Positions 27,609 to 38,400 are shown, numbered from the stretch's first letter. The stretch: DNA of 64,000 nucleotides from Candidatus Parcubacteria bacterium (GCA_963814275.1 CAWFCE010000002.1:426537-490536); one strand, 5' to 3'. The notes: generated by a model not told the origin, from the letters alone. Program-made: numbers and translations.

Positions 27609-28145
27609 ATGTTTATTTTTCCAAGGAGGAAAATTTCGGCAGAAACCTGCCCACGGGCGGCTGGATTTACCCTGGTCGAATTATTGATTGTGATCGGTAT
27701 CATCGCCATTTTGGCGGCCTTTGCCTTTGTGGCCCTGAATCCTCTGGCCCGTTTCCAGGACGCCAGGAACGCCAAGCGCTGGGCCGATATCAATGCGATT
27801 TTGTCGGCTATCAAAATGGACCAGATCGATAACGGCGGGGATTATATGGGTGATATTGCCGATCTTACCAACAATTTGTATTATCAGATCGGTAACGGCG
27901 GCAGTTGCAACGATACCTGTCTGAATCCCACTGTCGTTTTGCAAATAGATTGTATCGATCTGGAAGAATTGGTCGACGACGGTTATTTGCCCAGTGTGCC
28001 GATCGATCCGAACGATACTAATGCCGGCGAAGATGAGACCCGCTATTATCTGGTCAAAAGTTCGAATGGAACGGTTACGGTCGGATCATGCAGCGAAGAA
28101 AAAGGCAGTAATTCTGTCATACCGCCGATCCAGGTATCCCGCTAA
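27609..28145 (+). CDS. type IV (pseudo)pilin, probable major subunit
   Basis: 178 aa. The head is PRAAG|FTLVELLIVIGIIAILAAFAFVAL. The gene has its own promoter and a strong terminator. Two Cys pairs lie in the C-terminal half. Confidence 0.8.
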   Translation: MFIFPRRKISAETCPRAAGFTLVELLIVIGIIAILAAFAFVALNPLARFQDARNAKRWADINAILSAIKMDQIDNGGDYMGDIADLTNNLYYQIGNGGSCNDTCLNPTVVLQIDCIDLEELVDDGYLPSVPIDPNDTNAGEDETRYYLVKSSNGTVTVGSCSEEKGSNSVIPPIQVSR

Positions 28146-28178
28146 GTGATTTTCATTTGAATAATCTTCATTCTTCAT

Positions 28179-28212
28179 AAAAACATCTCCCTGCCTACAG
28201 GGAGATGTTTTT
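28179..28212. terminator. bidirectional rho-independent terminator between convergent pilin and PilX-like genes
   Basis: AAAAACATCTCCCTG (28179-28193), CCTA loop, CAGGGAGATGTTTTT (28198-28212). Confidence 0.75.
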
Positions 28213-28284
28213 ATGAAGATATATGTAAGGTCAATATTAAATTATTACATTCAGGGGTATACCCATTTATCGATCCACTGCGTT

Positions 28285-29787
28285 TTATTCTTCTTTCCAG
28301 GAAATAAAAGTGTATTGGCCAGTGGAAGGATAATGGGGCGGCGGGGCGAAGGTCAGGTTATTGTCGTAGATATAGTAGCGGTTATTGAAACCATTGGACA
28401 TATAAGGCCTCAAGTATGAGGCTGTTTGGCCGTAGATAGTGACAGAGTTCTTGTTCGGGGAGAAATTCGGGGAGAAGCGCCGGCCATATTTAGCCAGCAG
28501 GGCGGCATCGACGCGGATATCGTTCGAGCAATCCTGGGAAAAAGTGACATCGTACTGGGCAATCAGTCCCAGGGAATCGGTACCGTCATAATTGGTATAG
28601 CGCATATTGTCATTAACGATAATATCGGCATCACCGCTGCCATCGATCGGGTCGCGGATCGCCAGCACGGTTGCCCGGGTGCCGCTGGCGCCATTATTGA
28701 ATTGTCCGTCCACCCAAACGGTATGTTTGACGAAAATAATACCGCTCCGCGGTACGTTATATTCAGCCGCCGACGATTGGCTGTTGATTTTGTAAAGGCC
28801 GGTAACCGAAGAAACTTTGCGCAAATCGAATTTATCCCCCGGTTTGAAGGTAATATGAAATCCTTCGCGGCAGCTGCCGCCCGCTTCGCAACCCCAGTAA
28901 GCGGCCTCCGAACCCGGTTCGGCCGATCCGGCCGGATCAGGATCGATCAGCAACCCATCAGTGCCGGTGGCCAGCGCATAGACGCCACGCATATACTCGG
29001 CGCCGACGCTGGCGCCGAAACTGATGATCGGGATCTGCGGGCCGTAATCGCGTCCTCCCAGGAAGTTCGGCTTTTCCGGGGGCGTGATCGCGGTCGGATA
29101 GTCCGGGTCAGTGCCGGTGAAAACCCCCCAAACATTGCCGTCGGTGGTACCGCTGCAGTGGTCCTGGGATGAGGTCATGAGGTTATAAGCAATACCGTCA
29201 TTTTTTATGCAGCTGTAGTTGGAATGTACCGGCCCCCATACTTCCGAACCGGCACCGTAGGAGAATAAGCCTTCCGACGGCCAATCGGCGCCGTCGGTGA
29301 TGGTGGCGTAAGTCGCCCAGGAGGGGATTCCGCACAGTACTTCCACCGTCCTTTTGATCTGCGGGTAGTCAGCTACCCAGCCCACGGATTTTACCCGGAC
29401 GATAGTCGAACCGTTCAATGCCGGCGGCTCGATGTAAAGCTGGTAATAACCGGTAATATTTTCGCCGCCGGAATCGCTGTAGCCATACGGTCCATACGGA
29501 CCGTAATCCGGACCGCCGATGCAGCTTTCGAAGTTGCAATATTGGTCCTGATAATGATATAGCAGCCAGCGATAATAGTTCACCCCGGCTTCGGCAATGT
29601 TTAGGGCTTGGGCGCGGGCTATTTTATGGATATTGAGCTTCTGCTGCAGCAAAGCGACGCTAATCCCGCCCATCAGCATTACCAGGAACAGGCCGGTTGC
29701 CACTATTGAAAGTATTAACATCGAACCGCTTTCGCCCGGCTGCGGCCAATGATCGCGTGATGATATTCTCATAAACCTATATTTCAT
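28285..29787 (-). CDS. PilX-like pilus assembly/minor pilin-associated protein with large C-terminal domain
   Basis: 500 aa. The N-terminal TM helix followed by KIARAQALNIAEAGVNYYRWLL resembles the PilX N-terminal domain pattern (..AfqaAEAGl..). The start overlaps the stop of the upstream minor pilin gene. Confidence 0.6.
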   Translation of the reverse strand: MKYRFMRISSRDHWPQPGESGSMLILSIVATGLFLVMLMGGISVALLQQKLNIHKIARAQALNIAEAGVNYYRWLLYHYQDQYCNFESCIGGPDYGPYGPYGYSDSGGENITGYYQLYIEPPALNGSTIVRVKSVGWVADYPQIKRTVEVLCGIPSWATYATITDGADWPSEGLFSYGAGSEVWGPVHSNYSCIKNDGIAYNLMTSSQDHCSGTTDGNVWGVFTGTDPDYPTAITPPEKPNFLGGRDYGPQIPIISFGASVGAEYMRGVYALATGTDGLLIDPDPAGSAEPGSEAAYWGCEAGGSCREGFHITFKPGDKFDLRKVSSVTGLYKINSQSSAAEYNVPRSGIIFVKHTVWVDGQFNNGASGTRATVLAIRDPIDGSGDADIIVNDNMRYTNYDGTDSLGLIAQYDVTFSQDCSNDIRVDAALLAKYGRRFSPNFSPNKNSVTIYGQTASYLRPYMSNGFNNRYYIYDNNLTFAPPPHYPSTGQYTFISWKEE

Positions 29788-30365
29788 AAATTGTCTTTCA
29801 AATTACGGAGATGAACGTCTGATTCCAGGATGTAGTCGTTAGGGGCCCGTTCGGGCGTGACATTCACCATCAGATAAATTCTGATCAGGCGGATCTGGTC
29901 AAGGTCGTCTGTTTCGTCCAGGTCATTGTTAAAATAGCGGAAAACGGCAATACCCTGGTTACTGACATACTGGGCGATCGTGGTGGTCGCGCCCGGTTGC
30001 TTGTAATCATTGGCCGGTCCGGCCAGTGTTATCACCCGGTATAAAGCCAGATTGTCGAGAAAATATCTGATCCTTTCCGTTTTGCCGTCATAATCATTGT
30101 CACTGTAAAAAACGAAATTATCGTCCTCGATCTTGGTCAGGGGATAATCGCCCCGCTCCGAATCATTGGCGCCGCGGATTTCCTTGGTCATTATTTCCAT
30201 GGCCCGGCGGGCGTTTTCGATCGCCGTCAGCTGCTCCGAACCGAAAGTAAATGTGCGGAATCCGGTAGCGATTAACCGTCCGCCGTAAATCGCGACCAGT
30301 GTAAAAATGCTCATGGACACCATTATTTCGATCAGGGTAAAGCCGTTGTTGCCACGAATATGCAT
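29784..30365 (-). CDS. minor pilin (PilW/GspJ-like) with prepilin motif
   Basis: I prefer ATG at 30365; the track start at 30422 is a TTG. The head is MHIRGNNG|FTLIEIMVSMSIFTLVAIYGG. Confidence 0.7.
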   Translation of the reverse strand: MHIRGNNGFTLIEIMVSMSIFTLVAIYGGRLIATGFRTFTFGSEQLTAIENARRAMEIMTKEIRGANDSERGDYPLTKIEDDNFVFYSDNDYDGKTERIRYFLDNLALYRVITLAGPANDYKQPGATTTIAQYVSNQGIAVFRYFNNDLDETDDLDQIRLIRIYLMVNVTPERAPNDYILESDVHLRNLKDNL

Positions 30366-30520
30366 AAGCCAGAAAACTATTGATTCGTTAATTATAGTTA
30401 ATACGCGCGATATTGAAATCAAGCTATGTTTCCGGTTCGGCCCACTGCTTGCCGATTATAAGACATAAGTAATAGGCCGGTAATTTGGGAATAATTGTCT
30501 ATTATCTGTATTATTACTTA

Positions 30521-30539
30521 TTTTTTGCCAGGCAAAAAA
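30521..30539. terminator. A/T-flanked palindrome TTTTTTGCC-A-GGCAAAAAA, possible weak bidirectional terminator
   Basis: It lies 37 nt downstream of the stop of the 1,415-aa gene (minus strand). The GC core is only 3 bp, so any termination function is uncertain. Confidence 0.35.
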
Positions 30540-30575
30540 CCCATGAAACAGATAAATGTGTAATCTTTCTTTGCC

Positions 30576-33500
30576 TTATTCGATGTACAAATACCAGGTT
30601 TTCGTTTCCTGGGGCATTATCATGAGCGGTTGGATCGGATCGCGCAGGATGATGCTGCTACTGCTGGAAGCAGCCACTATTTCGACACGATAGCCCGGGT
30701 TGTCGAACTCAACAGCTGAGTCAAACTGTCCGTTCGCGTCCGTATAGAAAGTCTTGTCGTATTCGAACTTAAGCGGAGTGATACCGACCGTTTTCGTCCC
30801 CCAAACCCGCAGCGGGACATGGGGCATCGGAATGATCGCTCCGGGATCGGTGAATTCCGTCGCGTATATATCGTTGTAGCCGTTACGGCTGTCCTGCCAA
30901 ACGCCATAGGGATCGCCTGTCGAATCGACCGCGAGCCGGGAATATTCCTGGCTCGAAGTGCCGGTTTCGATATTGAGGCGCAGGTCGTCTGTCCACAAGG
31001 CGGTTCCGGCCAGATCGAATTTTTGGGCGTATATATCGTCGTTATTTTCACGGTTGTCGGTCCAGGAAACATACAAAGCAGCGCCCCGGACCGCGCAGGC
31101 CGGAGCTGATTGGTTGGCGGTAAACGCTTCCTGATTGGCCCTGACATTCCATTGTTCGGCTCCGTCGGTATCGTAGCGGGCAAGGTAAGCGGTGGTAATG
31201 CCTATTACCTTTTCGGTATATGCCAGGTATAGATTGTTGCCGCTGTCGATCGCCAAAGAGGGGTCATAGACATCAAACAACGAATCGACGATCTTTTTCG
31301 GTTCGGGCCAAAGCGCGCTGCCGGACAGGTCGTATTTGGCCAGATATATCGTTTTTTTCAGAACAGTGTCTTCAGTCCAGGCGATATAGACATTGTCGTT
31401 ACTGTCGATCGCGAGAGCGGGCGAGTATTCATCGGTGGATGAGCCGGTCAGCGCCAGGTCATCACCGCTGTTCCAGAGCTTGTTGCCGTCTGAATCGAAG
31501 CTCTGGGCGTAGAGATCGTAGTTGCCGTTCCTGGTATCCAGCCAGACGACTACGGTCGTGGCAGTGCCGAAGTTTTCCGTAAGGGCAATGCGCGGATCGG
31601 TTTGGTGGGCGTTCGAATTGTCATTGTTAACGCGTTTGACCGCCCAGCGCGTATTGCCGGCGCTGTCGAGGCTTTTGATATATATATTGTAATCGCCGAC
31701 CAATGTCACCTCGGGATAAATGTCATAATCATCGATTTCCGTACCCGCATCAGTCAGGCGGAAACAGTAAGGATTGTCGGCGGCATTGGCGGTGGAACGG
31801 ATCGAAAATTCGATTTCGGTCGTTTCGTTTCCGTCCAAAACAATTGGACCGGTGGTATTGGCTGATTCATGCATTTCTCCACTGGCGAATGTATGGCCGC
31901 CGAAATCGAACAACTGCCGGGTGGTGGGGTCAGCATCATCAATAAAGGCGCTCGCATCCATGCGCCAATGCATGCTTTCGTCGTTTGGTACCGCCGTCCA
32001 GGCGGCAGCGGCGCAGGATGTGAATTTTTCCCCATATTCCAGGCGATAATTGGCGGCGGCTGCCGGCAGACTGCCGGTATTCGTCAGTTTGAAGCGCAGA
32101 CGAAGCCGTTCGGCGCTGACTGCCGTAACCGGCATGACTTCGCTTTCCCGCCAGGTGGCGCCGGTCTCATCGCCGTCATCGTTGCGCCAGCGGTAGCTTT
32201 CCTGATGGGTTTCCGGCGGGGTGTCGATAACAGTCGAGCCATCCAGGGGTACGCTTGCTCCGCCGATGACATTGCCGACGGTAATCGCGATATCGCTGGC
32301 GGGATCGTCGATTTGGATATCAATCGTTTCTCCCGCCTCTGCGTCTGGTCCGGTATCGAGGACAGTGTATAGGCAGAGGGTCTTTGTGGTCGAGATGTTG
32401 ACGCTATCATTGAATATCGCGGTGCCGTTGGCGCCTGAAAAACCGTCCGCATCCGTCGCTCCGAATTGAGTTTCCGTGCCGCTGTAGCTCTCGGAACCGC
32501 AATCGTAGGGAGCGGAGGTGTCCAGATCATAGAAAAGTTTGATGTTCGCGAGGTCGTTTTGGGCGTTAACCGTACCCAGTTCCCTCAAGGTAATGCCGGT
32601 GACGCCGCGGCTGCCGGTAAGATCGCGGACCACGAACGCAGCACCCAAATAGTTACCGGCTTGTCCGCTCTGCACATTGGCGATCTGCGTGCCGGTGGCG
32701 GAGACCGAAACATCATCCGGGTTATAAAGATTATATACGACCATCACGCTGTTGCGTTCTTCGGAGCCGCCGCCGTATAAGGTCAGAGAGGCTCGCTGGG
32801 CGGCTGCTGCGGTGATGTTCATAGATGCGACCGCGAGCGAACCGTCGTTATTCGTCGACCAGTAATCCCAGAGCCGCTGCGTCCAATGGTCGGATGAGCC
32901 GGATGACCAGTTCGAAGAATTGGGTTGGGAAAAATTGTTGTCGGCGAAGACCGATGCAGCCACAGCAAATCCGCTATCGGTCGAAACCGCAGTCCATCCT
33001 GAATTGGACGTATTGCCGGTACTGCCGGTTTGGTCGTTGGCGGCGGTGACATCCACGAGGTTGCCTGTATCCAGGCCGGATACCTCCATAAGCATCATGA
33101 CGCCGCCGTTGATATAGCTGCTACAGGTAAGAGTGACTTGTTTGGGTTCGCCTGCTCCGGCAACTTTATGCCAAATCCCGATATCCATCTGCCAATTGGT
33201 ATTGCTGTATTTGGCTTCAGTAAAATTTCCGGCTGCATTGTAAGGGGTGTTGAATGTATCACCGGCATTGCTGTGGACGGCAATGGCGATAATGACATTG
33301 CCGGCGGTCGGGGTATTATCGAAAGCGGCGGTCAAAGTACTGCTCCAACCGGCCACATTGCCGATCTTAGTCTGGACGATATTACCGGCAGCCTGGGCCG
33401 GTCTGCTCACAAAAGCATCTTTGATTAGCGGCAGGGCGAATTGGCTAAGCCATCGTTGGGGTAGAGAGAACGCGGGTATAATATTCATGTGCAGATTATC

Positions 33501-34823
33501 GGCCAGGACGGAAAAATCGGGATACATAAAAGCGAATTCATTGGTCGATGTATAAAACGTGGTATCGGAGTATTCCTTTAATATCGGTTCAAAATAAGTG
33601 TTTTGACTGTTTATCAGCGCAAAATTCGGCTGTTTCTCGACGGCGCCGGCGGGCTGGGCTTTGTCCCGGGCCAGGCGGGTACCGGGGGCATAGGTCAACG
33701 CTTTCAGGCTGCTTGAATTATCCTGCCAGACGATAAAGGAATGGCCGCCCGCGCTGATGGCAATGTCTGGGTTTTCCTGGAAAAGCGTATTGTTGATCAC
33801 TATATCGTCCGTCCATTGTTTGACCGCGCCTGAATTGTATTTTTGCACGAAGACTGATGAACTGGCGCTACTCTGGCTTTGCCAGGCAAAATACAGATTA
33901 TCAGCGCCGTCCAGGGCCAGGCGCGGTTTGACCTGTTCCGCTCCGCCGTGGCTTTCGTTCACCGGCCAGTTTTCCGGCAGATTGGCCGTGACAGTCCTGA
34001 TTTGCAGAGTAGCCAGTTTATCGATAGTGAATGCTTCTTCGGTCATGTCGCCTTCAGTGACCGTCAGATGGTAAGGCGATTGGCCGGTCGAAGTGCCGTA
34101 AGTACGGTCTGTCCCATAGTAATACTGCGGTTCTTCATTGGTTTTGGTGACCGTAATCTCATAGCCCTGATAAGATGAAGTCGCCGGCAGATAAAGCTCG
34201 CCCTTGCCGTCGGTCAGATTGATGACATTGATCGGCGGGTTAACCAGATTATTGACCACCCGGACTTCGGCCGTGGGGATCGGCTGGGCATTGGCGCCGG
34301 AAACGGTTATTTTGAGCAGGCCGTAACCCTCGTTAGTTTCGACGGTGCGGGGGATGACCTTGGAGAACATGGTGACGTTTTTCAGGCCTGATTTGGCTTG
34401 CCAGCTGACCTTGACCGTGGCGATCTTATAGTCGGTGGGGATGGTGTCGGGAGTCGTCGATCCGATTCGGCCGTCGGCCGGATCATCAAAATAGGTAACA
34501 TAGGTGTTGACCGTATAGTGGCCCGAACGGGAGATAATTTCCTCTTGGGGAATAATGCCATTGGGGATACCGCTGATCACCCCGACATCAGAATAGGGCA
34601 TATTCCTGATTTGTTCGATCCTTTGGTTGGCGATCTCAATTGCTTCAACATAGAATTTATTATCATTGGTAATGCCGAGGAACAACAGGACCAGGCTGTA
34701 AACGCCCAGGGTAAGGATCATGATAATAAAAAGCGAAACGATTACTTCCATCAAAGTAAAGCCCGTCCGTGTTCTGTCGGGGCCGTGGTTTTTTTCTGAG
34801 ATTAGCTTGTCTATTATCCTCAT
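30576..34823 (-). CDS. 1,415-aa prepilin-headed protein with CarboxypepD_reg-like, unassigned, 'YRWRNDDG' and SBBP-like beta-propeller repeat regions (candidate pilus-presented adhesin)
   Basis: The N-terminus is DRTRTG|FTLMEVIVSLFIIMILTLGVYSLV. LKITVSGANAQPIPTAEVRVVN...GKGELYLP resembles a carboxypeptidase-regulatory-like domain. The repeats NLYFAWQS..VFVQKYNSGAVKQW, NYDLYAQSFDSDGNKLW, YLAKYDLSGSALW, YLARYDTDGAEQW and DDIYAQKFDLAGTALW (about 30830-31700 and 33680-33950) resemble SBBP propeller blades. Confidence 0.8.
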   Translation of the reverse strand: MRIIDKLISEKNHGPDRTRTGFTLMEVIVSLFIIMILTLGVYSLVLLFLGITNDNKFYVEAIEIANQRIEQIRNMPYSDVGVISGIPNGIIPQEEIISRSGHYTVNTYVTYFDDPADGRIGSTTPDTIPTDYKIATVKVSWQAKSGLKNVTMFSKVIPRTVETNEGYGLLKITVSGANAQPIPTAEVRVVNNLVNPPINVINLTDGKGELYLPATSSYQGYEITVTKTNEEPQYYYGTDRTYGTSTGQSPYHLTVTEGDMTEEAFTIDKLATLQIRTVTANLPENWPVNESHGGAEQVKPRLALDGADNLYFAWQSQSSASSSVFVQKYNSGAVKQWTDDIVINNTLFQENPDIAISAGGHSFIVWQDNSSSLKALTYAPGTRLARDKAQPAGAVEKQPNFALINSQNTYFEPILKEYSDTTFYTSTNEFAFMYPDFSVLADNLHMNIIPAFSLPQRWLSQFALPLIKDAFVSRPAQAAGNIVQTKIGNVAGWSSTLTAAFDNTPTAGNVIIAIAVHSNAGDTFNTPYNAAGNFTEAKYSNTNWQMDIGIWHKVAGAGEPKQVTLTCSSYINGGVMMLMEVSGLDTGNLVDVTAANDQTGSTGNTSNSGWTAVSTDSGFAVAASVFADNNFSQPNSSNWSSGSSDHWTQRLWDYWSTNNDGSLAVASMNITAAAAQRASLTLYGGGSEERNSVMVVYNLYNPDDVSVSATGTQIANVQSGQAGNYLGAAFVVRDLTGSRGVTGITLRELGTVNAQNDLANIKLFYDLDTSAPYDCGSESYSGTETQFGATDADGFSGANGTAIFNDSVNISTTKTLCLYTVLDTGPDAEAGETIDIQIDDPASDIAITVGNVIGGASVPLDGSTVIDTPPETHQESYRWRNDDGDETGATWRESEVMPVTAVSAERLRLRFKLTNTGSLPAAAANYRLEYGEKFTSCAAAAWTAVPNDESMHWRMDASAFIDDADPTTRQLFDFGGHTFASGEMHESANTTGPIVLDGNETTEIEFSIRSTANAADNPYCFRLTDAGTEIDDYDIYPEVTLVGDYNIYIKSLDSAGNTRWAVKRVNNDNSNAHQTDPRIALTENFGTATTVVVWLDTRNGNYDLYAQSFDSDGNKLWNSGDDLALTGSSTDEYSPALAIDSNDNVYIAWTEDTVLKKTIYLAKYDLSGSALWPEPKKIVDSLFDVYDPSLAIDSGNNLYLAYTEKVIGITTAYLARYDTDGAEQWNVRANQEAFTANQSAPACAVRGAALYVSWTDNRENNDDIYAQKFDLAGTALWTDDLRLNIETGTSSQEYSRLAVDSTGDPYGVWQDSRNGYNDIYATEFTDPGAIIPMPHVPLRVWGTKTVGITPLKFEYDKTFYTDANGQFDSAVEFDNPGYRVEIVAASSSSSIILRDPIQPLMIMPQETKTWYLYIE

Positions 34824-34921
34824 ATGTAATATAATTATACCATGATTTGCCTGTTTTTTAAAATTCTGGTTTATTATTTTTTTTAGACAATAGAATGATA
34901 ATATTCTCGCAATAAACCATT

Positions 34922-35245
34922 ATGAAAAGATTATATATTTTAGGAAAATTACACAAAACTAGCCGGGAATTATTTATCATTATATTTTCCTTGGTAATAA
35001 TTTCCGTGCTGGCAATTTTTTTGTTTCACCGCGACCGGACCCAGCTGCAGGGAAAATATTTGGTAAAATCCAATTTTTGCCTGAACGATAACGATTGTCT
35101 GCTTTATGAGTGCAGCAAATGCGGTAATAAAGCCTGGATCGAAGAAAATATAAACGGTAATATCGATTGCCACCAGCAGATTTCCGGACTGGTGGGCTGC
35201 GCCTGCCGGCAGGGGGTCTGTATGAGGCAATATGACAAGAAGTAG
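34922..35245 (+). CDS. small membrane-anchored cysteine-rich protein
   Basis: 107 aa. The TM helix is LFIIIFSLVIISVLAIFLF, followed by 8 Cys within about 50 aa (CLNDNDCLLYECSKCGN...CHQQISGLVGCACRQGVC). A terminator follows the gene. Confidence 0.5.
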   Translation: MKRLYILGKLHKTSRELFIIIFSLVIISVLAIFLFHRDRTQLQGKYLVKSNFCLNDNDCLLYECSKCGNKAWIEENINGNIDCHQQISGLVGCACRQGVCMRQYDKK

Positions 35246-35292
35246 GGATGCCGGACAAGAAAAATTGCCGGCCGATAAACAACAGTGTTAAG

Positions 35293-35317
35293 CTGCCCGA
35301 ATTGATGGGCAGTTTTT
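35293..35317 (+). terminator. rho-independent terminator
   Basis: CTGCCC (35293-35298), 8-nt loop, GGGCAG (35307-35312), then TTTTT. Confidence 0.6.
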
Positions 35318-35329
35318 ATTTATTTATTC

Positions 35330-35359
35330 TTGATTTTTAATCGATAAAAATGTTATAAT
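35330..35359 (+). promoter_or_regulatory. sigma70-like promoter upstream of the giant ORF
   Basis: TTGATT (35330-35335), 18-nt spacer, TATAAT (35354-35359). It lies 104 nt upstream of ATG 35464. No clear SD precedes the ATG. Confidence 0.4.
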
Positions 35360-35463
35360 AAGCTTAAGATTTCAATTTATCCACACTAATTTAATTAGTG
35401 CCATTTTTGCTTTTTATTGGCTAATATTGAATATTAATATTATTTTTTTCCTGTTGCATCCCC

Positions 35464-38400
35464 ATGCGCGAAACAGCAAAAAAAATTTATCATAACAATT
35501 TTGTTCGTTTTGGTTTTTTGCTAGGCATTTTTGCGGCTATTTTGGGATTTTCGAATAGCCGTTTTTCTTTTGTCCAAGCCTTCAATAACCAGGTAAATAT
35601 TTTACCCGGGAAATTTATCGTCGAAGGCGAACGAAGCATATCCGGTATGACCTATGGCTGGCAAAATGTTGAAAATGCTTTCGTCCAGGATCTGAACAGC
35701 AGTGACGGGTCAGCCGCTTTCAACGGGTCCAATTCTGCCGTGTTGGCGTCAGCAAGGGGGGCGGAGATCATAGCGGCGGCGAGTTCCACGGAAACGGACG
35801 CGTCATCATCCGGCATTATCGAAGGCATTGATGGCGAGAGCGGAACAGCGGCCGCTAACGCCGACAACCATGGAGCGGAAGGGGAGCATGATGGAATGGA
35901 TAATTCCGGCGAGGCGCTTGATACCGCGACGGGAAGCGACTCCCTGCTACCGGCTGATGATGCCGCGCAAGATAAGAGTAATGACGGCAATCCATCGATA
36001 GCGCCGGCAGCGCCCACTGGCGCCGCCGGCACGAATGACGCGGCGAACAGCCAGGGTGGCGGCGATAATAACGATTTCCGGCCGGAAGATAATGTTGGCC
36101 CGGATAGCAATCCGGCGCCATCACCCGAGTCTGCAGAGCAAGCCAACACGGAAATATTGGATATAAGCGAACCGGCCGCGAACAGCCAGGCTGTCGAATC
36201 TGCCCCGGAGCAGCCGATTACGGATGGCGCGGTGAACGATTCCGCCCCGGAACCGGAACCGCTTTCGTTATCCGCGCGTATCTACCGCTTGCTTTCCCGG
36301 GTTTCTGATTTTTTCAATCCGTACAATTTGCGTTTGGCCCGGGCTGACCAGGCCGGCGACTCTGAGACCCTTGATAATCAGGAGACATTGAAAGAAAGTA
36401 TTATTTTTTCCGATTTCAGCGTACCTTCCGATTTTGAAAGCAATAAACTGGGAACAGTGAAATTAAGCCTGTCTTTGTCTGCTATCAGCGAGCTTGAGAA
36501 TGACCGCTTGCTTATCGAATATAGTTTGGGCGATTCATTCCGCCCGGTCGGATCGATCGGATTGCTTGATAACCTGGACAACAAAAGCAACGGCGGCTAT
36601 TACGCCTTTACCCTGCCCGAAAGCCTGGGCTGGCAGGATTTTACCACGTTAAAAGTCAAATTAAGCTATTATCTGCCAGGCGAAAGGCCGGATGAATCCA
36701 GGGACGTACGGATTCTGCTGGATGGGTTGTGGCTCGAAGCGGAGTATGAGGATATGAGCCAGCAGGATGATTTATCGACTACCAGCGAGGAAACGATCGA
36801 AGAAAAATTGAGCGATGAAGAAGGAAAGGTCCTGGGAGAGGAAACGGAAGTCGCCAAAGAGGACGATACCCCCTTCACCCTCACCCTGGTATCCGGGGAA
36901 AGCGAGTTCGATAACCAGGAAACGCCCAATTTCCGCTTCCGGCTCAAGAAGAAACACGGGCTGTTGGGACGGATTTGGTTCGGGTTGATCAGTCCGCTCT
37001 ATGACCAGTATAGCGATATGGCAGTCGAAGCGATGGTGCGGGACCGCGCAACCGGAGAATTCCTGGACGTCCAGCCGGAGATCAGCTATCTCGGTGACGG
37101 GGAATTCCAGATCAATTTCGAAAACCAGCCGCGGCAGTTCCGCCCCGGCCGGCATAAGCTTGAGCTGGTCATCCATAACGAAAACAAGGAATATAATGTC
37201 GTTCAGGACTTTACCTGGGGCGTATTGGCCTACAATAGCGATAAATCGGTTTATGCTCCGGGGGAAACGGCATATCTGCAGCTGGCGGTGCTGGATGACG
37301 CGGGCAATACCTTATGCGACGTGGACTATCTGACCGTTGCGGTGCGCGATCCGCTGGGGCATGTCGACTATCTATCCACTTATAGCGGCGATATTATCGT
37401 CAATCCCGCATGCGATGGCAACAGCGTGATCGATACCCCGGATTTTTATGCTTATTACCGCACCGGTCCGGCCGGTGAGTACAACATCGAAATATCCGCC
37501 CTCACAGCCAACGGCCTGCGGGAAGCCAAGGATAGTTTTTTGGTGCAGGAATCCCCGGCGGTGTCGGTCGAACGGGTCGGACCGACGCGTATTTTTCCCA
37601 CAGCCGGCTATCATATCGAGTTCAGGATAAAACCACAAGAGGATTTTAGCGGCATATTCAGCGAATTCGTGCCGCTTAATTTTTGGATCAATGAACAGCC
37701 CGGATTCACTGTCAGCAATGAGGGTGACGTAAAAAAATTGACCTGGGACGTTGACTGGCAGGCCGGCCGGGAATATCAGATCGAATATTATTTCGACGCG
37801 CCCGATATCTCGCCGGAATTTTACTTCCTCGGCCCGGCGTTAATGGAAGTCAGAACCGCCAGCGGCACCATTCCCTATTTCCGGGAGGAGCGGAAATGGC
37901 AGATCGCATCTGACGCGATCGACCCCTTGGTTACTTTGGGCAGCAAGGATCGTAGCGATAACGCCTATAACGGGAATGAAGAAACCTTGGTATCCATTAC
38001 TTCCGGATTTGAAGCAGGAGAGAATTATTTCGTGTTCGGCGGCATCGGCAGCAACCGCTATCACGGCGGCAATGACCGGCATGAAGTGGCATTGGTCGCT
38101 TCCAGCTCCGATGCCAATACCGACGCCTATCATTTAGGCGATTCTGAAGCGATTTCGGAAGGGCCGGCCGCAGATGACGGGGCATCGATTTTCTTGATGG
38201 ACAAGGTCAATTGGGTTGACGCGGATTGGAATCTGTATCTTCGCGGTGACGCCCTGGCCGGCACCTGCCGGTCTGATGAGGCTTTTTTGATGGCCATGGC
38301 CACTTCGACAATGGGTATCCAGGGCAGCGATTATTACTGGGCGGAGGATTTCACCAGCAACGATCTGGCCGGCAATCCGGGACGCAACAATTACGTCTCC

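Noticed and set aside
27623-27635. Internal AAGGAGG (27623-27629) suggesting a downstream alternative start for the major pilin
   Set aside because: The only in-frame candidate is ATT at 27633, just 3 nt after the SD-like sequence. ATG 27609 with the upstream promoter is the simpler model and gives a plausible 20-aa leader.
28213-28419. 68-aa plus-strand ORF after the pilin terminator
   Set aside because: It starts inside the terminator and overlaps the 3' end of the PilX-like gene on the opposite strand. It has no motif support.
20345-30365. Interpretation as a classical Gram-negative type II secretion system
   Set aside because: No GspC/D/L/M-like genes or secretin lie in or beside the cluster. 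A PilM-like protein, a PilX-like protein and a promoter-driven abundant pilin gene fit a type IV pilus or competence-type fibre better. A window-edge limitation applies, because pilD, pilT and a secretin could lie elsewhere.
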